Assembly (NCBI GenBank): GCA_032718475.1
Contig: JAUCBJ010007698.1
Span: 23,432-87,431 of the forward strand
Source of the DNA: Nemertoderma westbladi
Taxonomy: Eukaryota > Animalia > Xenacoelomorpha
Length of the DNA stretch: 64,000 nt
Direction of reading: 5' to 3'
Below, one piece after another: positions 13,869 through 25,984 of the stretch (its first letter is position 1; each line of letters opens with the position of its first letter). Under the pieces are notes generated by a model. It searched no databases, was not told the origin of the DNA, and saw nothing but the letters and a program-made list of their open reading frames with translations. The position numbers and the translations under genes were made by a program.

Positions 13869-14435
13869 AACGATTGGCGATACTATGTTTGAAAATTGTA
13901 GTGGCATACGGAACCATTTACCCAATTTTTGAACATATATGATGATCCTAAGTTTCCAAGATATCCATTTTAACTCAAATTAACAGGATACAAATGATTC
14001 AATTACTATAATTCTGAGTTTATATGATACCAAGTTCCTTCCACATTATTATTCTATTTTATATTATTCTATTGAAATTGTTTTTCTTGAATCTGCTTTT
14101 CTGGGCTTTTCTTTCATAATTAGCACTTTAAAGCTTTTACGGCCCTCGTTTTGTTATCTCGTGCCGTAACGCTATAAAGTGCTATTTTATGAAGAATGAC
14201 GTATATCCTTATGGTCGGTTACACAAGCTATAGTAGTGCCAATTTAATTATCTGTAAAATCGAAATAAATATATTAAGAATATTCAATCCAACGGAAACT
14301 TGAGTCGAAATAAATATTTATCATCGGGAAAATAGAAAATCAATAGTATTATTAAGTAATTATGATAAAATAAATAAATTTACTGAGTGAATATGTTTCT
14401 TAAAGAGATTCGTAAAGATAAAACTATATCGAATA

Positions 14436-16013
14436 ATGAGGAAGAAAAAGAAAGATCTTCCAGGAATTCTGATACTTTCCATTCTCATGAAGTTACATTA
14501 CATACTGCTCCAGAATCTCTCTGACACAAACTTAGGAAAGGATAAATCTCCAGAAACCTACAACGCTTCAGAATATCCTGCAAACAGAACTGTACCAAAC
14601 GCAGATGGATATTCCTCCAGAATCCATCTACTGTATACTTCTCGAGAATTTCGCAAAACTTCACCAAAATTAGGAATGGCGATGTCTTCTGAAGAATCAT
14701 TCCATTCTGCTGAAGAATCTTACAGATATTCAGATAGTTTCAATTCTGCTGAAGAAACTTCCAGGTCTTTAGCTGGTTACCATTCTGCTGCAGAATCCTT
14801 AGCTAGTTACCATTCTGCTGCAGAATCTTACAGATATTCAGATAGTTTCCATTCCGCTGCAAAATCCTCCAGATCTTTAGCTGGTTACCATTCTGCTGCA
14901 GAATCTTTAGCTAGTTACCATTCTGCTGCAGAATCTCCGATGAAACCAAAAAGATTCCGTCTGTTGGATATGTTGCACAGTATGCGTGATGCTGGTGTGA
15001 AAAAGATTATCAAAAATAAAGGTAATGATATGATGGAAGCGGAAATGGAGAGGAGGGAAGCTGTCGCATATCCAGTGCCGCCTCCGGTGGATAAAGTGCC
15101 GACACACGAGGAATATGCTACGCTGGAAAGGCACATAAAGTTACTGACTAGAGTTATGGTGGCACTTTCAATAGCATTAGCAGGGTTTGTGTTTGCAACA
15201 GTTGCTTTAGCCGTAAACCAATCGTCTGCTGTTTGTAAGAGTAGTTGTATGACGACCCCGTTCATACCCACTGAGATTGGAAGCACTACAGTTTATGTAC
15301 CTCCTATATCTCGTAAACCGACCCTTCCTCCTACATCTCCTAAACCTACTACACTTTCAGCAAGTGAAATTGCGGACAAAATTACTAATCCGTGCTATGG
15401 AAAATCTGAAATACAGCCTGCCACTGGTAAAAATGAAATCATTGCTTTTGGTACCACTGATGAGTTTCTATGCGATGACGGATGGTTTGTTATTCAGCAA
15501 AAAAACAAAATACATTCAGACACCTTCAATTACGAGATGCTGACGCGTAACGGATACATTGCTGGGTTTGGAGACCTTACATCTGAATTCTGGTTGGGTT
15601 TGGGGAAGATCAACAAGCTAACTAAATTAGGGAAAGCTGTTCTACGAATAGACATGATAACATCTAACGGAGATGAATACTACGCTGAATATTCGACATT
15701 TAAGGTTGGCCCTGGATCTCAATATTTCAAGTTGACAATACGAGAATTCTCAGGAAATGTAAAAGATTCCTTGGCGGTTTACAATGGAAATGGTTTTACT
15801 ACATTTGACATGTACACAATATTTCCAAAAAAAGCCTATTGTTCCGTACAAGCAGAGTGTGGTTGGTGGTTCGGTTCGGACTGTAAAACTGCAAAAGTTG
15901 GCATTCTAAACGGAAACTTCAAATCGAAAATGGGCTATCGACCAAGATGGCATAAGAAAGATTCGAGCGTCTTAAATCCAGATGAGATCAAAATGAAAGT
16001 TAAATTCCGCTAA
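14436..16013 (+). CDS. Intronless membrane-anchored fibrinogen-related domain (FReD) protein; FIBCD1-like type II architecture; real start probably the ATG at 14676 or 14682
   Basis: C-terminal fibrinogen C motifs (CDDGWFVIQ, YIAGFGDLTSEFWLGLGKINKLT, LRIDM..YAEYSTFKVG..YFKL, FTTFD, GWWF..C..LNG); a hydrophobic TM VMVALSIALAGFVFATVALAV; a Pro/Thr stalk; an N-terminal Ser-rich repeat tail. Confidence 0.88.
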   Translation: MRKKKKDLPGILILSILMKLHYILLQNLSDTNLGKDKSPETYNASEYPANRTVPNADGYSSRIHLLYTSREFRKTSPKLGMAMSSEESFHSAEESYRYSDSFNSAEETSRSLAGYHSAAESLASYHSAAESYRYSDSFHSAAKSSRSLAGYHSAAESLASYHSAAESPMKPKRFRLLDMLHSMRDAGVKKIIKNKGNDMMEAEMERREAVAYPVPPPVDKVPTHEEYATLERHIKLLTRVMVALSIALAGFVFATVALAVNQSSAVCKSSCMTTPFIPTEIGSTTVYVPPISRKPTLPPTSPKPTTLSASEIADKITNPCYGKSEIQPATGKNEIIAFGTTDEFLCDDGWFVIQQKNKIHSDTFNYEMLTRNGYIAGFGDLTSEFWLGLGKINKLTKLGKAVLRIDMITSNGDEYYAEYSTFKVGPGSQYFKLTIREFSGNVKDSLAVYNGNGFTTFDMYTIFPKKAYCSVQAECGWWFGSDCKTAKVGILNGNFKSKMGYRPRWHKKDSSVLNPDEIKMKVKFR

Positions 16014-16751
16014 ATCAAATCAAATGAATGTAATTAAATCAAGTAATTATTTTACTTTAGCAATAATGTAAAACATGAAACCCGTTTAGTACGGTGACGA
16101 TGCGAATCTCCATTTTTTAGATAAGTTACAAAATTCGGAAAAGTTATTTTTAAAAGTTTCTTAGGTTTTCAATTTTCAAAATCTACTTAGCCTTTCACCC
16201 TCAAAATGTACCTGTCTAGAACTAATATCTGCCCGATTACATAAGGATGGTTCTAATTATTAATTACTCTATCGTAGATAATGTAGTTACTTTTATTAAT
16301 ACCAAACGAACTGAAATTAGCTAAGGTTGTTGTTCCTCTGTACACCATACAAATCTTAGCTAGAAATCTTAATTAGATTGTATGAAATATGAAACAGAGA
16401 GTTTTACCTCCCCATAGTCCTTTCATCAATCGTCTGAGCGCCTTTGGGTTGGGTAAGAGGGGGCTTGAAGGGGGGGGGGGGGGGGGGGGCGACTTTCCCA
16501 TCTTCGTTGATTTATTTGGGGTTTGGTTAAATTTCTTAAATAGCGATTTTGTGATACAGTAGAATTGCTCAATTTTAATTTTATTTCATAACTGAGCCTC
16601 GTGCTGCGCGAAAGCCACACGCACGTGTATAGTGATTATTTCAAGGCTTCCAAATATGTAAAAATATTTGAATGTGGTTGTAATACAGCCTCCAGCCTAT
16701 GACCCCGTAGGAATTTCTTATATGACTGAACAACCCCACAAAGATGTTTAG

Positions 16752-17325
16752 TACTACTACTACTACTAGGTCGAGCGAACTCGGACAGTGGAAATGAGAT
16801 CCTTCCAGGTTTCCCGATTCTCCATAGTTGTCGCAATTTCGTTTCTCCCAAGTTCAGTATCCCTTTCAAGTTGATCTATATATGTTATGGCCGGTCGTCC
16901 ACGACTACGCTTTCCATGAATTGGTTGGCAGAAAAGTAGATCTGTTATGCCCTCGTCTTTACTTCGCCAGCAGTGCCCACTGAATCTTAATCTGCATTCA
17001 CGGAGGGTGGTTGATACAGGTGGTATGTACCATAAAGCTCGGCGTTTGTCATGTGTTGTCTCCAGCTGATGTTTAGGGCTGCCCTTAGTAGTCTTGTGTA
17101 GCAACCATCAATTCGTTGTTCAAATGATTTAGTCAGTGTCCAGGTCTCACCCCCGTATAAAAATACACTTTCCACTGTGCCTCGAAAGAACTTAGTCTTC
17201 AGGTGCCTGGATAGATCTGATTTCCAGATGGTATCCATTTTTGATAGAGCTACAAAAGCCTTTGCTTTCCTAACTTCTATGTTCTTTTTGCTATTCTCTA
17301 TCCATGATCCAAGGTACTGGAAGTC
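16752..17325 (-). mobile_element. 5'-truncated RTE/RTEX-like LINE 3' end with (TAG)n tail
   Basis: FQYLGSWIE..KTKFFRGTVESVFLYGGETWTLT..IDGCYTRLLRAALNISW..RLRFSGHCWR..RGRPAITYIDQL; the stop codon merges into the TAG repeats. Confidence 0.88.
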
Positions 17326-17619
17326 GTTAATTACAGAATGTTAAGTACAGCTATGGGACATTAAAAATAAAACAATCACATGAGCTCGTACGAGCTCTTT
17401 TAATTGAGAAGGGCGATCTTTTTCAATAATGTCGCACATTTAGTTAAATGATAATACTGGTTATAGGTACTGTTGCGTTACGTGTACATTTTGTTTTGGA
17501 TTAACTAGGCGGATTGTTTATTTTATTGAATGCCAATTTCTTGCGTGACTAGACAGCGCAGTAGCATTAGCTAGTATTGTGCAGTCTAAGCACTGAGATC
17601 GGGGGGGGGGGGGGGGGCG

Positions 17620-19650
17620 GGGTGGTTATGCGGGGAATGGGACAACTGTCGGGAGTTGGGATACTGTGAGCGGATCCAATTCGCTGCACTACCTACCGGT
17701 AAATGGGGAAAGTGGCTTTTTACCAATAGTTGGCTAGGTGACATTACCAATATAATGTCACCTAACAACCAACGAAGGAAATTTACATTGCCAGCCACAA
17801 GGAGAGATGAGAGGCTACAAGCCATATCAGGGGGACGTAGGGAGCTAGGTATCAGGGAACAGGGAGTGCCAAGGGAAGGAAGGATAGGTTAGCCAATGGT
17901 GGGGCAGCACACCATCTGATTGGGATGCATCCATTGGCCAGGCCATGTAGCAAGTAGCCATATTCCATATGTGTTAGTAATATAACCGTTGCCTTTATTA
18001 CCTGTTGTTCAGTTGGTTTGTGTAGAGCTGTGGAAACAAGATGGTTTAAACTGTCGTCCTCGTCAGTAACTGTGCTATTATTATATTCTGACTGTGCTAT
18101 TATTGTATTCTGACATTACGAACAACTGCCACTAAAACTCAGTTATTCTTTTGGGCTCCGGCCTTTCAGATACCACAAGCCTTTCAGCAGCCAGCGGACG
18201 GTGCGATGCGTATTACCCAAAAGCAAACACATCGGTCGGGATTCCCTCGCTAACTCGGGGATCCCGTCACAGTTTAAACCACGCTTAGAAAGTTTAAATC
18301 TCGCAACCATGAGTGAACAACGAACGCCCCAGGGTTCAGAGAGGGGTGGAAGTCTGCCACAAACCCCGAGCGACAGAGACCAAACGATTCGGGAAGCAGA
18401 GAAGAGGCGGTACCGGCCCGCCACACCGTATTCGCTGAGGAATGACGATTCGGTGGTAGAGGAGGAAGGCGGATGGGTACAAGGGGACGAGAAGCCGGAG
18501 TGGACACGGGACGGGAGTGGCGAGAAGAATACCGGAGTCGCCAGCCAACCAGCGGCTACAGGCGGCGAGCGGCCCACCGGAACAGCAACGGTGGAGCCGA
18601 CGGTACCACGCCAGATGAGGAGAGGAGGCCAAGAAGTCGTGGAGGAGGACATCGGGACGAGCGATCGCCTACAACGGGCGTATAACGCCATGAGGAAAAC
18701 TCTAAAGGATGCTAAGATAGGAGGAAAGGTAGGCGAGCCCAAGTTGAATCGGAGACTCGGTGAGTGTAACAAACATTTTCACTACCTAGTCCGATTTGGG
18801 CAGGGGGAACTGGCGAGTGAAAGGGCAAGAGGTGGTCGCCACAGAACTGTTTGAATTGTGGCGATCTGAGATAATACCGTATGGTGTAGTGTACATAGGG
18901 CCTTATCTGGTGGATGCGCGGGTGATTAAGTTAGTGGGATGGGCGGATCCGCACGACGCCGAACCCGAGGTTGACCCCGAGGATTAGGTGTCGTCGGTTA
19001 GTGAAACCGGTAGCAGGCACAATAAAGTTGGTAAAACCGGGAGGCGACGGGAGTCCGTCGCAACCGAAAAGTCTGCTACACCCTCCGCGAAAGCAAGAAG
19101 GGTGTTAGAGATAGATCTGGCGTGTCAGCTAGACATAGCTGCGTTAGATCAAAAGGAGTTATAGAGACAAATGGGTGAGGGGACCTTGTTGTTAGAGAGG
19201 GAGAGGGAGTTAGCAAGAGAGTGTAGAGAGATGGCCGAGAAGGTGGTGAGAGAGTGTAGGGAGAGAACCGCGAGGGAGGTAGAGAGGGTTGAGAGAGAGG
19301 TGAACGAGCGTAATGCAAGGGAGGCAAATGAGCGCAAAGAGCGAGACACGAGGGAAACAGAGAGGATTGAGAAAGATAGGGAGTCGGTGAACCAGAGTAT
19401 TAGAGAGGACAGGGAGAGAGAGATGGCTGGTAAGAGAATGCGGAATGATATGCATACCCAGTTGAGGGGGTTAATGCAGTATCAGGCAAAACAAAAGCGC
19501 CGATTTGAACTGGTGAAAATGGGTTTAACAGAGAGCGAAGCTGGTTCGGGAAGTATTTATGAGGAACCAGGGGTGATGGAAACTTTTGTCAATACTCCAG
19601 TTACAGGTACCGGACGACAAACACAAAACTGGTGTAACCGGACGGATGGG
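17620..19650 (+). mobile_element. Probable LTR remnant plus degenerate gag-like ORF of an LTR retrotransposon
   Basis: CCAAT/TATA-like block at 17890-17985, then a frameshifted purine-rich ORF (MSEQRTPQG.. from ~18309, E/R coiled coil at 19171-19500). No diagnostic catalytic motif. Confidence 0.4.
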
Positions 19651-21479
19651 GAGGGGGGGGGGGGGGGGGGGGTAATTACAATACGTTTAGTAGGAATGTT
19701 AATATTAATAATACCGTAGTTGATAATCCTAATAATAACGAGGGTACATTTCTTACCGGAAATAATGTCTCCAAACAGACTGGTTCCTCTTCGGTCTGGA
19801 TGATTTCTACAGATGTAGTCATTCTTCGTGAAGGATCTACAGTTTGTATTTCCATAACTGAATATCCCAAAGGGATTTTGGGTCTCTGTAGAATGGCAGA
19901 ATGCATATTTTGTATGAAGACATCTTTAAAGATAGCGAATCCGGCACTATCTAATTTCTCAAAGGCAGAGTCTCGCAGGCTGAGTTTGGTCAGTGCGCGA
20001 TCTTTAAACTGACTGTCAACGTTCCGAAACGGAGTCAGAAAGCGCCTGAAACATTAAAATCGGATTAATTTGCTGTGTTCATCTAATTTTGTGAGTTTGG
20101 TTCCCAGGATTAAGGGGTTTGAGCGTATGGTTCGACTGCACATATCGGCTAACCATCCGGAAAGTGTGGTATTTTCGAATATGGTACAGTATAAATGGCC
20201 AAGAAAGGACGGAGGGTCACACTCATAAAACTATAAACCACTCCAGGTGCTCTCAATGGTCCATCGAAATATAAACGTGAATAATGGTCACCATAAACCT
20301 GTTGATAATTAAGCCGATTTCCCACTTTAAAATTCCATCCATATAACCAATATCACGGCCTGTTTCCATACAGTTACCTTTCCACCCCTTCATTCACCTA
20401 CAAACCACAATATTGCTAGCTTCCCTGTAAGCTACTGCCATCAAATAAGGGAGTGAGCGAGCACCCTATACAAACACACCCTTCCTTCTCATTGGAGCCC
20501 CCACACTATACAAACATTTCCTTCTTCCTTATTGTACCAAACCCATCCAGTCATTGACAAGGGAATATTTTGTAACTAATAAAACTCTATGGATTATCAT
20601 TGGCAGTAACCGGTTATTGGTCAGTTCAAAACAAACCAATATTAATCATATTTTACATGTGTTCAATGTAAATCACTGCATAAGAAAGGCAGGTTATGGT
20701 TAGGTGATAATTAGGGGTCAACTTCACATTGACCCCGGATACTGGGTTAAAAAAGGGCCACATTTGGATGGGAAAGTCAGTCAGTAACCACAGGCCTTAG
20801 TAGATGGCAGCCTCCGCAGCTAATCTAGACTATGCTCTTTGGTATTGGACCTACTTTGATCCATTACTGCATTCGCCTTTTCAGGAGTTCACTGGTGTTT
20901 GGGCTCATAGGTAAGGTTCCCGGTGAGGACTTAGCTTTGGCCGACCAGTCCTGGAGTGCTCGCGCACTCTGCCCGCTGGCTACTCAGTTCGCCTCAGGAT
21001 CAATGGTTTCCTTTGAGGACAGATTAGCAGCAATCTTCCCGGGTTTGACACTGTCAGATTACGGTAGTGCTTGCGCACTTTGTGGAGCGAAGCGACATTG
21101 GTTAAACCTCTAAGTCATAGGACAAAGAAGCAGCCAAGCGTTTGTATCCAATCGGTTCAACTGCTGTTTGAACCCAGATGATAACCTGGTGTTTGTACTA
21201 TTGCCAAGTTTCCAATAGCGTGAAGCTGCACCAAGTTTATTACGACTTTCTAAAATCTGTTTTATCAGCTATTTTTCAGAGTATTTTAGCATAACGAAAC
21301 GAATACTGTATTTTTTGTATATTTTGGTTACAATTATTTTGGATAGTATTATTTTTCGAGGCTATAATTTGGATCCTAATGGACCCAAAGCACCCCTCAC
21401 CCGGTTTCTCCTTTTTCCTCATCCCAGAGGTTTTTCTATGGTGTTACAGTACAAATTATTACTTTACAATTACAATTGT

Positions 21480-22490
21480 AAATTGGCCTACAACATCAGC
21501 CAGGAAAAGTACATGCAGGATAAAATTGAAGCAATTACAACTCCTCACATACAGCAACAATCTAGACCTACCTGGCAAACTGTAAATGAGGTATCTGGTC
21601 GGAAAAGTTGTGCAAAGGGGCGCCTCAAAGCCGATGGTCCTGAAGAACGTGTTGGGAAGTGGAAAAATCACTTCAGCAACTTGCTTGGGCAGCCACCAAA
21701 CAGCGAGGTCAGCCCTACAAGGAAAATATATGACAAGACACTACCTATAGAAACAGGGGACTTCACACCTGCCGAACTCCAAAGAAGCATTAAAAGCATG
21801 TCCAATAATAAAGCGAGTGGAAAACAGGAGTGCTAAACAGACCATTATTGAATGTTTGCAACCGGATGTTAAAAGGGGAAAAGCCACCACCAATTTGGAC
21901 TAAAGGTCAACTAAAGCCTCTCCCCAAGAAAGGAGACCTCGGCATACCAACAAACTATCGTGGGATCTGTCGGCTTGTGGTAGCTGCCAAAATATACAAT
22001 AAAATAATTCTATATAGGATTAGTAGGCCTCACATAGAGAATCTACTGCGTAAGAGCCAAAACGGATTTCGACCAAGTAGATCAACAATAGCTCAGATAC
22101 TTGCACTAAGGAGACTGATTGAAGGAATTAAGTCAAAGAATCTCCCCGCAGTCATGACTTTTGTGGACTTCAATAAGGCATTCGACTCCATCCATAGAGG
22201 TAAAATGCTTTAAATCCTAAGAGCTTATGGAATACCAGAAGTAATTGTTGCTGGCATTGGATTGTTATATTGTGACACAGAAGCGCAGGTACTCTCACCA
22301 GATGGTGAAACTGAGTTTTTCTCAATCCTGGCTGGCGTACTGCAAGATGACACATTAGCACCATTACTACTTGTAATTGTAATTGGATTACGCAATGAGG
22401 ACTTCCACAAAGGGTGAAGATCTGGGATTCACTCAGAAGTAGTAGATATCCGGCAACTACAGTCACAGACTCCGACTTTGTGGATGACAT
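21480..22490 (+). mobile_element. RTE/RTEX-like LINE reverse transcriptase fragment (pseudogenised)
   Basis: PLPKKGDLGIPTNYRGI..AAKIYNKII..QNGFRPSRST..FVDFNKAFDSIHRG..GVLQDDTLAP..DSDFVDDI; stops and frameshifts; ends where the 55-bp repeat begins. Confidence 0.88.
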
Positions 22491-22661
22491 CTCGCGGCCA
22501 GCCATACACAGTGCCGGCGGACCCAGCAACATAGCGCCCCCAGATCTCGCGGCCAGCCATACACAGTGCCGGCGGATCCAGCAACCTAGCTCCCCCAGAT
22601 CTCGCGGCTAGCAATACACAGTGCCGGTGTACCCAGCAACATAGCGCCTCCAGGTCTCGCG
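22490..22661. repeat. 55-bp minisatellite, ~3 units
   Basis: Unit cagccatacacagtgccggcggacccagcaacatagcgcccccagatctcgcggc. Confidence 0.9.
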
Positions 22662-22699
22662 GAAATCGATCAACTTGCTTACTGGTCGGAAAAGCCCAC

Positions 22700-23120
22700 T
22701 CTGAAAAGCTCCTCAATAATTACAGGGTATTGCCTGATAACTTTATAGAAGTAAAAGTGTCTGAGTCTGTACTCCCAGATATTCCCATTGGCGATATCTC
22801 CTTTGCAGAAGTGAAGGCTGCTGCAAAGAGCATTAAGACCAATCGTGCCAGTGGAGTAGATGGTGTTCCACCTGAGGTCTTTAAAATACCTGAGTGTTTA
22901 ATGTACCGAACAACAAGAGTCCCACAAGAAATGAAAACAAATAAGTTGGTTAAATAAGTCTATTCACCGCCGCCTCTCGTGCCAGTCGTGCCAATCGGAC
23001 CAATCAGACCAATCGTGCCAGTGGAGTGAGGTCTTTAAAATACCTGAGTGTTTAAAGCTCATCTATCCCATCATAGTAGACATGTACCGTACAACAAGAG
23101 TCCCACAAGAAATGAAAACA
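22700..23120 (+). mobile_element. Second LINE pre-RT fragment with an internal duplication
   Basis: DISFAEVKAAAKSIKTNRASGVDGVPPEVFK; the segment ~22837-22940 recurs at ~23007-23120. Confidence 0.65.
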
Positions 23121-23139
23121 AATCAAAGTAAAAGACAAT

Positions 23140-23829
23140 TCACATTACTAAGCAAATTATAATGGGAAAGCAAGTCGCCAATGAACCATCCTCACACAAG
23201 AGTCCCATTGTCACCTCATCCTCATGACGTCCATTTCCACGCCAGACACACATCCACAACGGACTGGTATACATCTGGTAGAGCGTACTGACCACTGACG
23301 AACCGGACGACCCATTCAATGGTAATGACAACGACAAACCCTTGAGGAAACGGAAAACAAGATCCCCAAGAAAAAGCGGGGAAATGACAAAACTAATAAG
23401 AAGCCTCTTCTGGAAAACATCGACGACGACGGTATTGAGATTATCAACTTTAGATGTGTCTGAGCGACATCTCTAGAAGGATCAAGAGTGGAACCGACAA
23501 AATTTAGTGGAAACCCAGCTGAATTCATTTCGTTCAAAGCACTATTATTATTACTATATTACTATTTTATTGCTCCAGTGGATAGTAAATATCCCCATGA
23601 CCACAAAGATGAGACATATGTTAACCTATCTATCTGGAAACGCGCTACAGAAGGTAACAAACACTACGAGGACGTTTACGATGGACATCAGCGTGCATGG
23701 GACGTATCAGAGAATAACTTCGGTAACCCGTCAGCCGTAATGAAATCTGTGATGCACAACGTCAGCAAGTATAGATTCCCCATCGTAACCATATTTACGA
23801 TCGGGAATCAGGAAGTAGTCAATCTATAG
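23140..23829 (+). mobile_element. Degenerate BEL/Pao gag (DUF1759-like) fragment
   Basis: EPTKFSGNPAEFISFK...YDGHQRAWDVSENNFGNPSAVMKSVM. Confidence 0.6.
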
Positions 23830-24523
23830 AAGTAGTTACCATAGTTTGTAGCCTTCCACTCCACTACTATGTTGTTGAGTTTTTCTAATTGAGAGACTTA
23901 ACAAGTGACTTATACGTGAGTATTCCATCAGTCCATTTAGGATCCGTCTTGTTTCAGGGTAGGAACTTAATGAAGGTTCGATTCATTGAAGGGGGGAGGG
24001 GGGGGGGGGGGTCTGCGTGGAAGCACAATGTAACTGCCCAATATAATTTGGGGTCCTAAGGGCGTCAAAAGTAGTACATGTAGTACATTAGGACCCCAGA
24101 GTGAGGAACAAAGTTTCCATAGCCCGTATTTTTCATATAGGATTAATTACATTTAATTTAATTTAATTTATTTTCGTACATTATATATGTATATATGAAA
24201 TGCATCATAACAATATAAGTACAGCGTACCGGTATGTATTGTACAGTATACATATAAAGATTAGCACAAGGTAAATAATATATAATAAAGGTAAGATCAA
24301 CAAGTGACGGCATAATAGACACATATCAGATTAGGCCTAATTTTAAAAATACAGCAACAAACGAAAAACAGAAAAATATATTAGATCTAAATTTACCTAC
24401 TGTAGCATCAAGACGCATGGGCAAGCATATGCTTAACTTCATCATACTCAAAGCCAACAATTTCTGATTTCCCTGCCTATACATTGGCTAACTCTCTGCA
24501 AATATTAATATTGCCCCCCCCAA

Positions 24524-24828
24524 CATAACTAACTGACACATAACTAACTGACACATAATTAATTGACACATAACTAACTGACACATAACTAACTGACACA
24601 TAACTAACTGACACATAACTAACTGACACATAACTAACTGACACATAACTAACTGACACATAATTAATTGACACATAACTAACTGACACATAACTAACTG
24701 ACACATAACTAACTGACACATAACTAACTGACACATAACTAACTGACACATAATTAATTGACACATAACTAACTGACACATAACTAACTGACACATAACT
24801 AACTGACACATAACTAACTGACACATAA
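24524..24828. repeat. 15-bp tandem repeat (cataactaactgaca)n, ~20 units
   Basis: Directly visible; variant cataattaattgaca recurs periodically. Produces the spurious YVSVS and MCQLV ORFs. Confidence 0.95.
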
Positions 24829-24829
24829 T

Positions 24830-25311
24830 TTGTACGATAATAAAGTAGAATTAACAAACTTTATAAAACAGTTATATAACATTATAAGAGCGTGACAAGA
24901 ACTTACAATTCCTTCATCTATATATCTGTGAGACTTAAAAGGTAGATTCCTAACATTACGTACATTATTGTTCCACGCCGTGCACAAGCGGTTACAGTTA
25001 TCCGAAAACAAGTCCCACAGTTGGCATCCATAAAAAGTCATGGTATATAACTTTTGAATATTTGAAACAATTTCTGGATCCGCGTACTTGAATTCTTGTC
25101 TTAAATTAGCTAGTTTTCCAATAAAAGCACCGTGTTTATTCTGAATATCTAACGTTAATGAGCAATTTGAATCCAACCATAGGCCTATACCTAAATAACA
25201 CACTCTCTCTACCCAGGGCCAACCTATCCCGTTTGCCTCGAGTTTTGCCATCGGTTTAACACCACGGACATTAAATGCAATACATTTACATTTACACTTA
25301 GAAGAATCCAC
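24830..25311 (-). mobile_element. Non-LTR retrotransposon (L2/Daphne/CR1-group-like) RT C-terminal fragment
   Basis: SKCKCIAF..WVERVCYLG..FYGCQLWDL..LCTAWNNNVRNVRNLPFKSHRYI. Confidence 0.7.
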
Positions 25312-25984
25312 ATTAGTATTATATTATTATTATTATTATTATTATATTATATTACTAAATATTTATAACTGTAAATATGGATTTATGTGGATGAAGTCTG
25401 CAACGTGCTTGTCTGGATTAAACATTAAACAGAACCCCTCACACGCAGCAACTTCTTTCTGAAACTTGTTGCTGGGCTCCTCACACGAAGGAAATTTGTT
25501 GTCGCAACTTGTTTCTGCAGCGTGTTGCTTGACTCACACGTGGGAATCTTGTTGCTCAAGAAAATAACAATTATTTCAAAATAAATAGCTGTCACGACCA
25601 GTCATTTATTTATAATATCATATTATCTAAATATTAGCTAATATATTTATGGAATGTATTAAAAGATTTTAAAGATGTTGCTGGGAATAGAAATGTTTAG
25701 AAATGTTGCAGCAACTTGTTGGTGGATTCCTCGTACACAGAAACGTTTGTTGCGCAATGTTTTTTTTATTGCTGACCCCGTCACGCGGAGCAACTTTTGT
25801 TTCAGAAACAAGGCTGGTAAGTTGATATAATTATGTAACAAGAATTATGAAATGAAAATTAAACCGTTGGCATTGTATTGAAATAAATTGTTGCAACATA
25901 TTGCACGACATGCGAATGCTAATTGGTGAACCCGTATTTACTGCCTACAATAAATTCATACTTAATGGCTTTCGTATTATCTTT

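Noticed and set aside
24477-24857. YVSVS / MCQLV repeat proteins
   Set aside because: Artefacts of the 15-bp tandem repeat.
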